From assembly GCA_052327205.1 (NCBI GenBank), contig CM126220.1:28210001-28274000 (forward strand): DNA of 64,000 bases, read 5' to 3'. A model generated the notes under the pieces. It saw nothing but the letters and a program-made list of their open reading frames with translations. It searched no databases and was not told the DNA's origin. This stretch comes from Somniosus microcephalus. Its lineage: Eukaryota. Of this stretch, positions 39,763 to 50,902 are shown in pieces. The position numbers were made by a program, and so were the translations under genes. Position 1 is the stretch's first letter, and the number at the start of each line of letters is the position of its first letter.

Positions 39763-42159
39763 TTCCAGATCCTACTTAGCGTGCACGACCTACCCGCCAT
39801 ATTGGAGGCTTAGGAGGATGTTGAGTGTCCGCAAAACGGGCGCTGTGCGGCTGAATTTCGAGGTCTTACTGTCTAGGCTTCCAATATAAAGAAATGCTGC
39901 TTGTTTAAGGTAAAGATCACTCTCGGCTACGGGTCCCTACGCCCAAAGAAAAATGCCACTTAAAATTTGCTTTGCCTGCTGAACTGAGTCAATGCTTTCT
40001 CAACAATGCCAACATTCCAACTCAAGAGCAGAAATAACAAACTATGAAACAGTCAAAATTTATAAATCAGCAAACTAGCGCCAGAAATGCAATTTTTTGA
40101 GACTTCTTGAGGCTGTGTTTTGCTTTACAGTACATTACAACAGGAAAGTGATTAAAGCTGCATAGAAACTTTTTCACAGTCTCACCGAGGCTGAAATATT
40201 ACATTTTTTTGGGCTGGTTCTGACCGGACTGAAGTCAAATACGCCAATCTAAAATAGAGACTAAATTCTGTTGGAACTGGGTGTTGGCAGAGGAAGCACC
40301 CGCTCCCACACTGGTGCACGTATGCAAAACCAGTTGTCCCCATTTACAACAACAACTTGTATTTATATAGCGCCTATAACGTAATAAAATGTCCCAAGGC
40401 GCTTCACAGGAGTGTTATAAGACAAAAAGTTACATGAGCCTGTAGAAAAGAAGGGTAATTTGTTTGCATGTCTTGTCAAACCAGGAAGTGGTTGAGCTTA
40501 CAGATTTTGACTGTCCATTACCTTTGCCTGAAATATCAATTTTAACTGGAGTGAATCTTTTCTCAGCTATGGTGCTAAGAAAATATTCTGCAAACTCTGA
40601 CGAGTAGGCCAATAACCAGAGGTCGTAGTTTTTTAAATCATTGGCAAAAGATCTAGAGGGGAGATGAGAATTTGTTTTCACTCGGAGAGTTGTCACTCTA
40701 CCTGAAAAGGTGATGGAAGCTGATTCCATTAATAATTTTAAAAGGGAGTTGGACAGGTACTTCAGGATGAGGAATTTGCAGGGTTATGGACAAAAAGCTG
40801 GGATGTGGGACCAAGCACGACTGCTCTTTCAAAGAGCCAGCACTGGCACGACGGGGCAAATGGCCTCCTTCTCTGCTGTAAGTTTCTATGATTCCATGAA
40901 ACTGCCTTTCAGAAGTTTCAGGCAAAAGAACCAGAGGGGAGTTGAGATTTTCTTTATGAATTACATGTGTGGCTTTTTCCCTATGCGCAGTCCTTTACAC
41001 TTATCGGCATTAAAGTCCATCTGTCATTGGTCTCCTCATTTACCAATTTTGTCCAACTCATTCTATAATCTATGAGCTGCCCGAAGTTCACTGGCCCATC
41101 TTCAAATTTGACCACTTTGCATCAAGTTTGTGAATCCAAGTAATTTATGTAAATCAGAAACAGTAGTGATCCCCAAACCAAGCTCTGGGGCACCCAACTC
41201 AGTACTTCCCCCGACCCCAGCGTAACTCCTCAAATGAGTATTCATTGGCTGAAGGGTAGAAAGCAATTTCTTATCCATTCCCTAATGTTTTGAGTTCTTT
41301 CACAGAATTTTGTCAAATGCCTTTTGGAGGTTTAGGTACACTTCATTGCAGACTTGGGTTGCCACTTCTTCAATGAAGTTTGGGAGGTGGGTCAGGCAGG
41401 ATCCTTCCTTTCTGAATCCATGTTAACTGTTGTGTACTTGGTTATTATTGTACAAATAATATTACATTTACTCCTGATAATCAATTCCATTATTTTATAT
41501 GAATGGAAATAAGACTAATGTACATGACGGTTTTGTCCTCCTTTTCGAATATGGCCACCAGTCTATTACTTCCCTAGTTTCCAGTAATTTTCAGTGTTTA
41601 GTCTCTTTCTGGGATAAATACCATCTCTCCCCGAGGATGTATTTGTCTTTGAAAATGGAGGGCATAACAACCCGGGCTGACTGGTCTCACCGAACATCAT
41701 AATCAGTGCACTTTCCAGTAGGACTCACTGGATAGGAATCAGGGCCACTGGTTGATTTCTCCCCACCCCGATCGTTCCTAACTCAGAAGTGTTGAGACCA
41801 ATGGTAACCCCTCAAGTACATCCCCTTCCCCAGCTAAGATAAGCTAACACAACGCACGCTAAGAATTGAAGCTGTACTCTCCTTTACTGTCACTGGGACA
41901 CTGGACAGGCATGCACCAGCTGAGCCATGGTGGGAAGCTGGTTATTACTTGTAATATTAAAATTCTCACCCTTATTTACAGATCCCTCCATGGCCTCGCC
42001 CCTTCCTATCTCTGTAACCTCCAGCCCTACAACTCTCAGACCTCTGTGCTTCTCCAATTCTGGCCTCTTGCGCATCTCGGATTTTAATCGCAGCACCATT
42101 GGTGCCTGTGCCTTCAGCTGCCTTGGTTCTAAACTCTGGAATACCCTCCCATGAGACTT

Positions 42160-42420
42160 TAAACCAAGGCACCATCTGGCCTCTCAGGTGGATGTTAAAG
42201 GAGAGTTCTCGCCAGTGTCCTGTCCAATATTAATCCCTCAACCGACATCACTAAAACAGATGATTTGGTCATTATCATATTGCTCTTTGTGGGACCTTGC
42301 TGGACACAAATTGGCTGCTGCGTTTTCTACATTACAACAGTGACTACACTTCCAAAAGTACTTACTTGGCTGCAAAATGCTTTGGGAAGTCCAGGAATCG
42401 TGAAAGACGCTATATAAACC
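42160..42420 (+). mobile_element. Deu-SINE 3' portion
   Basis: Same body as the other Deu-SINEs in opposite orientation, ending gtgaaagacgctatataaa. Confidence 0.7.
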
Positions 42421-42424
42421 TCTC

Positions 42425-42985
42425 AACAACAACAACAACTTGTATTTATATAGCACCTTTAACAATAGTAAAACATCCCAAGGCACTTCACGGGAGCATT
42501 TTCAAATAAAATTTGACACCGAGCCACATAAGGAGATATTAGGGCAGATGACCAAAAGCTTGGTCAAAGAGGTAGGTTTTAAGGAGTGTCTTAAAAGGAA
42601 GAACGAGAGGTAGAGAAACAGAAAGGCTTAGGTAGGAAATTCCAGAGTTTAAGGCCTAGGCAGCTAAAGGCACGGCCACCAATGGTGGAGTAATTAAAAT
42701 CGAGGATCCGCAAGGGGCAAGAATTGGAAAAGCGCAGAGATCTCGGAGGGTTGTAGGGCTGGAGGAGGTTACAGGGTTAGGGAGGTGTGAGGCCGTGGAG
42801 GGATTTGAAAACAAGGATGACAATTTTAAAATCGAGGTGTTGCTTAACCGGGAGCCAATTTAGGTCAGCGAGCACAGGGGTGATGGGTTAACGGGACTTG
42901 GTGTTGCAGTTTTCGATAAGTTGAGGTTTATGGAGGGTGGAAGATGGGAGGCCGACCAGGAGAGCATTGGAATAATCAATTCTGC
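42425..42985 (-). mobile_element. L2 LINE 3' fragment
   Basis: Colinear with 50903-51480; (GTT)n tail; IDYSNALLVGLP remnant. Confidence 0.85.
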
Positions 42986-43395
42986 ACCTCGCTTTAAGAC
43001 TGGGGTGACCATTTTCTGGGGACCGCCCCCGAGCAAACGATGTCCCCGGAAGAGTCTCCTGTTCACGAAGCTTGTCCCTGAATATGCGTAGATTCAAATC
43101 AGGAGGCACATGACCCCAAGCTGCCCTGCGGTCAGTCAGTAAAGTGGGGGGGGGTGTGTGGTGGAGTGGGTTCTGATTGGTGGGAGGAATGTCAATCTCC
43201 TGTTTTAACCAATAGATGCCGTGGACTCACTGAGGGACTTTAATTTATGCAGAGATCATGCTCTGTGGTCACAGTGCTCATGCTCTGCACCCCCACCCCC
43301 ACCGAATCCCCGGATCACATGCAGTTTTTTTGTGAAATTCGGTTGAAGAGAAAATGGCCCTGGAGCTAAAATGTCTGAGTAACAGGGGCCGCTGG

Positions 43396-43570
43396 CAATG
43401 TTCCCTGTAGGCTGCACTATGTTCTGCGTGGCCTGTTTCTTTCAATGCGCGGTCCCTTTAAATTTCTGCGCATGCGCGGTATTTCCGATGTAAAAGCTTG
43501 TGAGCGGCCTGCACGGGACCTTGCAAATTACTGCGTGACTGCACATGCCTGCAGCTTAGAGGGAACATTG
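43396..43570. mobile_element. hAT-type MITE (175 bp)
   Basis: TIR CAATGTTCCCT...AGGGAACATTG; perfect 8-bp TSD GCCGCTGG (43388-43395, 43571-43578). Confidence 0.9.
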
Positions 43571-44211
43571 GCCGCTGGTAACGGGCCTAAAGAGTGGACA
43601 CTGGAGCCGGACCATGTGGATGTCTCGGGAGCCGGATCAGAGCTCGCTCCGTGGCCTCAGCTGGTGTGGGTGGGTGTTGGGCTGTGAGGAGGGGGGAGGA
43701 GCTGGTGATTGCAGCCAGCAGATGCTGTGAACAACAGCCGCATTATTCAGGCGGAAAGTTCTTGTGCTGCTTTTTGCAGCTTCAATTTGTATCAAAATAA
43801 CAAAAATCAGCAACAATTCCCCCTTCCCTGGAGCCACCACATGTTCCTGGGTGCGCACAGTATGGCCATAGCATAGATGGTACAGCACTATTGCAGTTGC
43901 CATAGCTACGACACTGACTGAATGGCGTATGGAGTAGAACACACGCAAGATTTGAGATTCGATGTCAAAAAAGCGTAATTACTGCTTCAACAATCTGCTT
44001 CAAAAGAAGCAACAAAGTCTTCATGCCAGTTTTCTTGAAACAAGGAAATAGCACAGCAATCAATAATAAATCTGTGAAAAATAAATGACTTGGGCAGTGA
44101 TGTGAAGAGAATATCTGAATAAGCTGTACAGACAGTGGGTACGAAAAACTGATGTTCCTGAATAGTGTTATTGTATTATTTATAAACGGTGTCTGAATCA
44201 ATGTTCCCTGT

Positions 44212-44510
44212 TGATGTGCCTCAATAATTCCGAGACTCGAAGGTAGCAGAACAAAACAAGGCTTTTATTAACTTAGAACGAAACACGTAAGCGAGAGAGA
44301 TTTCGTCCTTCTGGAGATTGGGGCTAGACTGAAGCTAGCTTACAAACGGGGCCAGGTATGGGCGGAGCCCTACACACAGCACATTCCAGCACATTCCAGT
44401 ATACAATACAGCACATTCCAGTACACAATACAATGAGGTCTGGGGGAAGGGAAATGACACTGAAACCGATCTCAGTCACAGGCAGTGATGAATGGAAATA
44501 TTTCATCACA
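44212..44510 (-). repeat. 3' LTR (299 bp)
   Basis: Matches 48307-48573 except for 2 substitutions seen and a 32-bp tandem indel. Confidence 0.95.
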
Positions 44511-44520
44511 TTCACCCCTT

Positions 44521-47500
44521 CTATAGATTTAGTCTGTTCGGGGGTTTGATAGTCCTCTGCGACCGACGTGGCTGTTGCGGTGCCGCGGGTGTCGGCTGGG
44601 TGTCCCCAGTAGCCTCCTGGGTCTCTGCCGGGGGTGCCGCCAGGGTTGTTGAAGGGGTAGTTGGTGGGGGTACCGTTGGTTGGTGTTCTTCCGGGGGTGA
44701 TGAAAGAGTAGTGGGTGGGTAAGAGTTGCTGTGATCGTCGTTGCCGCTATTGCCGTGGTTGTTGTCGATGCCGGCTGGGGCGACGTCTTTTATGGACACG
44801 GTGTCCTCCCTTCCGTCGGCGTGCCGGACATATGCGTATTGGGGGTTGGCGTGGAGTAGGTGTACTGGCTCCACGAGAGGGTCCGTCTTGTGGCCCCTCA
44901 CATGCCTTCGCACGAGTACCGGACCTGGGGTGGAGAGCCATGACGGCATGGATACGCCTGAGGTGGATTCCCGGGGAAAGACAAACATTCGTTCATGAGG
45001 CGTGGTATTAGTGGCCGTACACAATAGCGACCGTATCGAATGGAGCACATCCGAGAGGACTTCCTGCCAGCGGGAGATAGGGAGGCCCTTGGTCCTTAGA
45101 GCTAGAGTGACTGCTTTCCATACTGTCCCGTTCTCTCGCTCCACTTGGCCGTTACCCCGGGGGTTGTAGCTGGTGGTACGGCTCGTGGCGATCCCCCTGG
45201 ACAGCATGTACTGGCGTAGCTCTTCACTCATGAAGGACGCCCCCCTATCCGTATGGATGTAGCTCGGCATACCGAACAGGCAGAACAGGCTGTTGAGGCA
45301 TTTAATGACCGTGGCGCTGGTCATGTCTGGGCAGGGGAAGGCGAATGGGAACCGGGAGTATTCGTCCACAATGTTCAGGAAGTAAACATTGCGGTCGACG
45401 GACGGGAGGGGGCCCTTGAAATCTAAGCTGAGCCGCTCAAAGGGCCGTGTAGCTTTGATTAAGTGGGCTCTATCTGGGCGGTAGAACCGAGGCTTGCACT
45501 CAGCGCAAGTGCGGCAGTTCCTGGTCAGGGACCGAACTTCCTCAATCGAGTAGGGTAAGTTACGGGACTTTATGAAGTGGAACAGCCGCGTGACCCCTGG
45601 GTGGCAGAGGTCGTTGTGGAGGGTCTGTAGCCGATCCCCGGTGGCGCTGGCACACATCCCTCGTGAGAGGGCGTCAGGGGATTCGTTAAGGGCCCCTGGC
45701 CGGTAAATGATGTCGTACTCGAAGGTGGAGAGCTCGATCCGCCACCTAAGAATCTTATCATTTTTAATCTTCCCCCTCTGTTTATTATTGAACATAAACG
45801 CTACCGACCGCTGGTCGGTAAGTAGGGTGAAGCGTTTGCCGGCTAGGTAGTGGCGCCAGTGGCGCACTGCCTCCACGATGGCTTGGGCCTCCTTTTCCAC
45901 GGAGGAGTGTCTGATCTCGGGCCCTTGGAGGGTCCTCGAGAAGAAAGCTACGGGCCGCCCCGCCTGGTTGAGGGTGGCCGCCAAGGCGAAGTCAGACGCA
46001 TCACTTTCCACTTGAAATGGAGTGTTCTCGTCCACTGCCTGTAGCGTGGCCCGCTCAATATCCTGCTTAATGCTTTTGAAGGCGGCGTGGGCCTCAGCAG
46101 AGAGCGGGAAAGAGGATGCTTTCAAGAGGGGGCGGGCTTTGTCGGAGTAGTTGGGGACCCATTGGGAATAATAAGAAAATAACCCCAGGCATCTTTTCAG
46201 GGCTTTGGGAGTGTTGGGCAGGGGCAGCTCCCGTAGGGGGCGCAATCGGTCGGGGTCTGGTCCGATTTCCCCATTCTCCACCACGCTGCCAAGTATGCAG
46301 AGGCGCGTGGTGTTGTAAACGTACTTGTCCTCGTTGTAGCTGAGGTTGAGTTTTTGTGCGGTTTTCAGGAACCTCTCGAGGTTCGAGTCGTGATCCTGCT
46401 GGTTGTGACCGCAGATGGTGACGTTGTCGAGGTAGGGGAAGGTTGCCTGCAAGTGGTGGTCATCGACCATGCGGTCCATCTCCCTCTGGAAGACCGAGAC
46501 CCCACTCGTCACCGCAAAGGGGACTCTGAGGAATTGGTAGAGGCGTCCGTTCGCCTCGAAGGCGGTGTACGGGCAGTCCTCTGGTCTGATAGGGAGCTGG
46601 TGGTACGCTGACTTGAGGTCGATGGTGGAGAACACCCGGTATTGGGCGATTTGGTTCACCATTTCTGATATGCGGGGTAGCGGGTAGGCGTCTAGTAGGG
46701 TGTACCTGTTGATCGTTTGACTATAGTCGATCACCATCCGTTTCTTCTCGCTACCCCTTACCACTACCACTTGGGCGCGCCACGGGCTGTTGCTGCGTTC
46801 AATAATGCGCTCTTTCAGGAGCCTGTCTACCTCGGTCGCGATAAACCGCCTGTCCTCCCAGCTGTACCTCCTGCTTTTGGTCGCTATTGGCCGGCAGTTA
46901 GGGGTAAGGTTCGCGAATAGCGAAGGCGGCTTTACCTTCAGGGTAGCCAGACCGCACACTGTGAGGGGCGGCTGGGACCAACCGTACTTGAGCGTGATGC
47001 TTTGGTGGTTGCACTGGAAATCCAGGCCCAAGATCACGCTCGCACATAGGTTCTTCATGATTAATACTTTAAAATTATCATATACAGTTCCGTTAACGCA
47101 CAATTGTACCGTGCAGTAACCCAGAATGGTCGATGTCTGGGTTTTGTCAGCCATAGAGATGGTACCCTGAGTAGGGACCTCCTTTAGGGAGAGTTGTTGT
47201 GCCAGTTCTGGGTGGATAAAGCTCTCCGTGCTTCCACTGTCAATTAAGCATTTAACCCGGCACCCGTTTACCTCGATGTCCACCATTGATCTGGATAGCG
47301 GGTGCGGCCTGGTCTGGTCCACTGTGACCGATGCCACTGTAGGGCCCTGATCGATACAAGATGGCGTCCACGCTGTCTGCTCACAAGATGGCGGACCCCA
47401 CGAGGTCGGGCAAGATGGCGTCCAAGGTGGCCGCTCCCACGGCGCACACGCGGCGGTGGCGGGTTTTCTGGCGGGGTTCCCTCTGCACACCTTCCCGAAG

Positions 47501-48279
47501 TGCCCCTTCTTACCGCACTTAAAGCAGGTGGTGCCTTTCGCCGGGCACAGGTTCCTGGTGTGCTTTGGCTGCCCGCAGAAGTAGCAGTTGGGTCCCTGAC
47601 GTGTCGCGGCTGTCGTAGGGCTTCTGGGGGGAGAGCGGGGCCCAGCCGGTGTCGGGCTGTCGGGCGGGGAAGATGCCTTCCAAGATGGCGGCGCCCTCGG
47701 TGCACACGTGGCGGTGTGGACGGCGCGGGCTGAAGAGTAGGCGTCCGAGTTTCTCTGGGCCACATCCAGGGATCGCGCGGTGTCCGCAGCCTGTTTCAGG
47801 TCCAACCCCGTTTTTTCCAGCAGTCTTTGCCGGATGTAAGTGGAGCTGAGGCCTGTGATGAAGGCATCGTGAACAAGCTCGTCAGTGTACACCGCGGCTT
47901 TTACATCTCGGCACTTGCAGTCTTTGCCAAGCATTTTCAGGGTGCTTAGGAACTCCTCCACCGATTCCCCAGGTCGCTGTGCGCGGGTGGCGAGCAGGTG
48001 CCTAGCATACACCTCATTCGTAGGCTGCTGGTAATGTGCCTTTAAGATGTCGCAGGCGGCCAGGTACGTCTCGGTGTCTTGGATGAGGGGGTAAACCCGG
48101 TGGCTTACCCAATTCCGCAGAATTCCGAGTCTCATCCTTGCAGCGTCCGTAGCGTCTTTGACGGCTGCGGAATTGTCCAGGAAGAATTCCATACACTCAA
48201 ACCAGTGTCCGAAGCGTGCTGATGCGTCCGGAGCATGTTGATCCAAATCCAAACGTTCGGGTTTCAGGAGTTGATCCAT
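44521..48279 (-). CDS. Gypsy gag-pro-RT-RNaseH-integrase polyprotein (1252 aa)
   Basis: Zinc knuckles CYFCGQPKHTRNLC and CFKCGKKGHFGKVC; protease LIDSGS; RT RMVIDY, IDLKSAYHQ, YLDN; RNase H SDASD, EKEA; integrase HHCC, LDFKGP, HTDRG, GQVERENG. RT-RH-IN order is Gypsy-type. Confidence 0.97.
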   Translation of the reverse strand: MDQLLKPERLDLDQHAPDASARFGHWFECMEFFLDNSAAVKDATDAARMRLGILRNWVSHRVYPLIQDTETYLAACDILKAHYQQPTNEVYARHLLATRAQRPGESVEEFLSTLKMLGKDCKCRDVKAAVYTDELVHDAFITGLSSTYIRQRLLEKTGLDLKQAADTARSLDVAQRNSDAYSSARAVHTATCAPRAPPSWKASSPPDSPTPAGPRSPPRSPTTAATRQGPNCYFCGQPKHTRNLCPAKGTTCFKCGKKGHFGKVCRGNPARKPATAACAPWERPPWTPSCPTSWGPPSCEQTAWTPSCIDQGPTVASVTVDQTRPHPLSRSMVDIEVNGCRVKCLIDSGSTESFIHPELAQQLSLKEVPTQGTISMADKTQTSTILGYCTVQLCVNGTVYDNFKVLIMKNLCASVILGLDFQCNHQSITLKYGWSQPPLTVCGLATLKVKPPSLFANLTPNCRPIATKSRRYSWEDRRFIATEVDRLLKERIIERSNSPWRAQVVVVRGSEKKRMVIDYSQTINRYTLLDAYPLPRISEMVNQIAQYRVFSTIDLKSAYHQLPIRPEDCPYTAFEANGRLYQFLRVPFAVTSGVSVFQREMDRMVDDHHLQATFPYLDNVTICGHNQQDHDSNLERFLKTAQKLNLSYNEDKYVYNTTRLCILGSVVENGEIGPDPDRLRPLRELPLPNTPKALKRCLGLFSYYSQWVPNYSDKARPLLKASSFPLSAEAHAAFKSIKQDIERATLQAVDENTPFQVESDASDFALAATLNQAGRPVAFFSRTLQGPEIRHSSVEKEAQAIVEAVRHWRHYLAGKRFTLLTDQRSVAFMFNNKQRGKIKNDKILRWRIELSTFEYDIIYRPGALNESPDALSRGMCASATGDRLQTLHNDLCHPGVTRLFHFIKSRNLPYSIEEVRSLTRNCRTCAECKPRFYRPDRAHLIKATRPFERLSLDFKGPLPSVDRNVYFLNIVDEYSRFPFAFPCPDMTSATVIKCLNSLFCLFGMPSYIHTDRGASFMSEELRQYMLSRGIATSRTTSYNPRGNGQVERENGTVWKAVTLALRTKGLPISRWQEVLSDVLHSIRSLLCTATNTTPHERMFVFPRESTSGVSMPSWLSTPGPVLVRRHVRGHKTDPLVEPVHLLHANPQYAYVRHADGREDTVSIKDVAPAGIDNNHGNSGNDDHSNSYPPTTLSSPPEEHQPTVPPPTTPSTTLAAPPAETQEATGDTQPTPAAPQQPRRSQRTIKPPNRLNL

Positions 48280-48306
48280 AGTGTTGAAAAAATAAGTTAA
48301 TAAAAT

Positions 48307-48573
48307 TGATGTGCCTCAATAATTCCGAGACTCGAAGGTAGCAGAACAAAACAAGGCTTTTATTAACTTAGAACGAAACACGTAAGCGAGAGAGATGTCG
48401 TCCTTCTGGAGATTGGGGCTAGACTGAAGCTAGCTTACAAACGGGGCCAGGTATGGGCGGAGCCCTACACACAGCACATTCCAGTACACAATACAATGAG
48501 GTCTGGGGGAAGGGAAATGACACCGAAACCGATCTCAGTCACAGGCAGTGATGAATGGAAATATTTCATCACA
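48307..48573 (-). repeat. 5' LTR (267 bp)
   Basis: Minus strand TGTGATG...GCACATCA; contains GC box CTCCGCCC and AATAAA. Confidence 0.95.
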
Positions 48574-48606
48574 CCTGTAATTTTTTTTTGGGTGCGCGGC
48601 CCATTC

Positions 48607-50632
48607 ATAAGAACATAAGAAATAGGAGCAGGAGTAGGCCATACGGCCCCTCGGGCCTGCTCCGCCATTCAATAGGATCATGGCTGATCTGAATCTGGAC
48701 TCACATCCACTTCCCTGCCCTCTCCCCGTAACCCCTAATTCCCTTATCTGCTAGGAAAATGTCTATCTCCATTTTAAATTTATTTAATGTTGCAGCTTCC
48801 ACAGCTCTCTGGGGTAGCAAATTCCATAGATTTACTACCCTCTGAGTGAAGAAGTTTCTCCTCATCTCAGTTTTGAAAGGGCAGCCCCTTATTCTAAGAT
48901 TATGCCCCCTAGTTCTAGTCTCACCCATCAGTGGAAACATCCTCCCCGCATCCACCCGATCAAGCCCCCTCACAATCTTATATGTTTCGATAAGATCGCC
49001 TCTCATTCTTCTGAACTCCAATGAGTAGAGTCCCAACCTACTCAACCTTTCCACATACGGCAACCCCCTCATCTCTGGAATCAACCGAGTGAACCTTCTC
49101 TGAACCGCCTCGAGAGCAAGTATATCTTTTCTTAAATATGGAAACCAAAACTGCACGCAGTATTCCAGGTGTGGCCTCACCAATACCCTGTATAACTGCA
49201 GCAAGACTTCCCTGTTTTTATACTCCAACCCCCTTGCAATAAAAGCCAAGATTCCATTGGCCTTCCTGATCACCTGCTGCACCTGCATACTAACTTTTTG
49301 TGTTTCATGTACCAGGACCCCCAGATCCCTTTGTACTGTAGCACTTTGCAGTTTCTCTCCATTTAGATAATAACTTGCTCTTTGATTTTTTCTGCCAAAG
49401 TGCATAACCTCACACTTTCCAACATTATATTGCATCTGCCAAATCTCTGCCCACTCACTTAGCCCGTCTATGTCCTTTTGCAGGTTTTTTATGTCCTCCT
49501 CACTCACTGCTTTCCCTCCCATCTTTGTATCGTCGGCAAACTTGGATATGTTGCACTCGGTCCCTTCCTCCAAATTGTTAATATAGATTGTAAAGAGTTG
49601 GGGTCCCAGCCCTGACCCCTGCGGAACACCACTAGTTACTGATTGCCAGCCCGAGAACGAACCATTTATCCCAACTCTTTGTTTCCTGTTAGATAGCCAA
49701 CCTTCCACCCATGCCAGTATATTACCCCCAATCCCGTGATTTTTTATCTTGATCAGTAATCTTTTGTGTGGAACCTTGTCAAATGCCTTCTGGAAGTCCA
49801 AATACACTACATCCACTGGTTCCCCTTTATCCACACTGTACGTTACATCCTCAAAGAATTCGAGCAAATTTGTCAAACATGACTTCCCCTTCGTAAAACC
49901 ATGCTGACTCTGTCTTATTAAATTATGTTTATCCAAATGCTCTGTTACTGTTTCCTTAATAATGGACTCCAACATTTTGCCAACCACAGATGTTAGGCTA
50001 ACTGGTCTATAGTTTCCAGCTTTTTGTCTACTTCCCGTCTTAAATAAGGGTGTTACATTAGCAGTTTTCCAATCTGCCTGAGTCCAGGGAGTTCTGGAAA
50101 ATGATCACCAATGCATCCACAATTCCTACCGCCACTTCTCTCAAGACCCTAGGATGTAGGCCATCAGGTCCGGGGGATTTATCCACCTTAAGTCCCATTA
50201 TTTTACTGAGTACCATCTCCTTAGTGATTTTAATCGTGTTTAGCTCCTCCCCCCCCCACATTGCCCCCTGTTTGTCCAGTGTTGGGATATTTTTAGTGTC
50301 CTCTACTGTAAAGACTGATACAAAATATTTGTTCAGTGTCTTTGCCATCTCCATGTTCCCCACCACTAGTTTCCCGGTCCCATCCTCTAAGGGACCAACG
50401 TTCACTTTAGCCACCCTTTTTCTTTTTATATAGCTGTAGAAATTCTTGCTATCTGTTTTTATATTTTTTGCTAGTTTACTTTCATAATCTATCTTCCCTT
50501 TCTTAATTAATCTTTTAGTTATTGTTTGCTGGCTTTTAAATGCTTCCCAATCGTCTATCCTCCCACTAGATTTGGCTAATTTATATGCCCTTGTTTTCAG
50601 TCGAATACTATCCTTTATTAATTTACTAAGCC
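48607..50632 (-). mobile_element. 5'-truncated CR1 LINE
   Basis: ORFs 48701-49987 and 50058-50414(-) with RT motifs; highly similar to the 34770-38117 copy. Confidence 0.95.
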
Positions 50633-50902
50633 ACGTGTGCGTTTTTTGACATCAGAATGCCATGGAGCCGGCTGTGCGGCCAAGCAGCTAAACGGGATGG
50701 TTGGTCGGAATGCGCTTCAGCAGTGTGGTGTCACATCCGCGGTAATTATATACACAATTGTTTTGCATTTGTAGTGTATCTGTGCAACTGTTAAAATATA
50801 AGCTTCTAAAAACAAATTGCCTTGCTACGCTGCGCAACCTGCATTTTCCGTCCTGGCTACTTGGCCGTGCTCCCACCCTGTGTCTCCCCGGATTCAACGG
50901 CA

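Larger units (their letters stand above)
44212..48573 (-). mobile_element. Full-length Ty3/Gypsy LTR retrotransposon
   Basis: Two near-identical LTRs with TG...CA ends, 5-bp TSD CCTGT (44207-44211, 48574-48578), PPT AGAAGGGGTGAA next to the 3' LTR, single gag-pol ORF. Confidence 0.97.
44199..50703. mobile_element. hAT MITE split by nested Gypsy and CR1 insertions
   Basis: Left TIR caatgttccctg at 44199; middle piece cctgtaattttt...gcggcccattca at 48574-48607; right end gcagctaaacgggatggttg at 50703; TSD gtctgaat (44191-44198) / gtcggaat (50704-50711). Confidence 0.75.

Noticed and set aside
42888-43130. Minus-strand ORF MPPDLNLRIFRDK... with an acceptor-like site
   Set aside because: No good donor, runs into an L2 remnant, and GGGGTGACCA looks like a hAT-type terminus; no recognisable protein.
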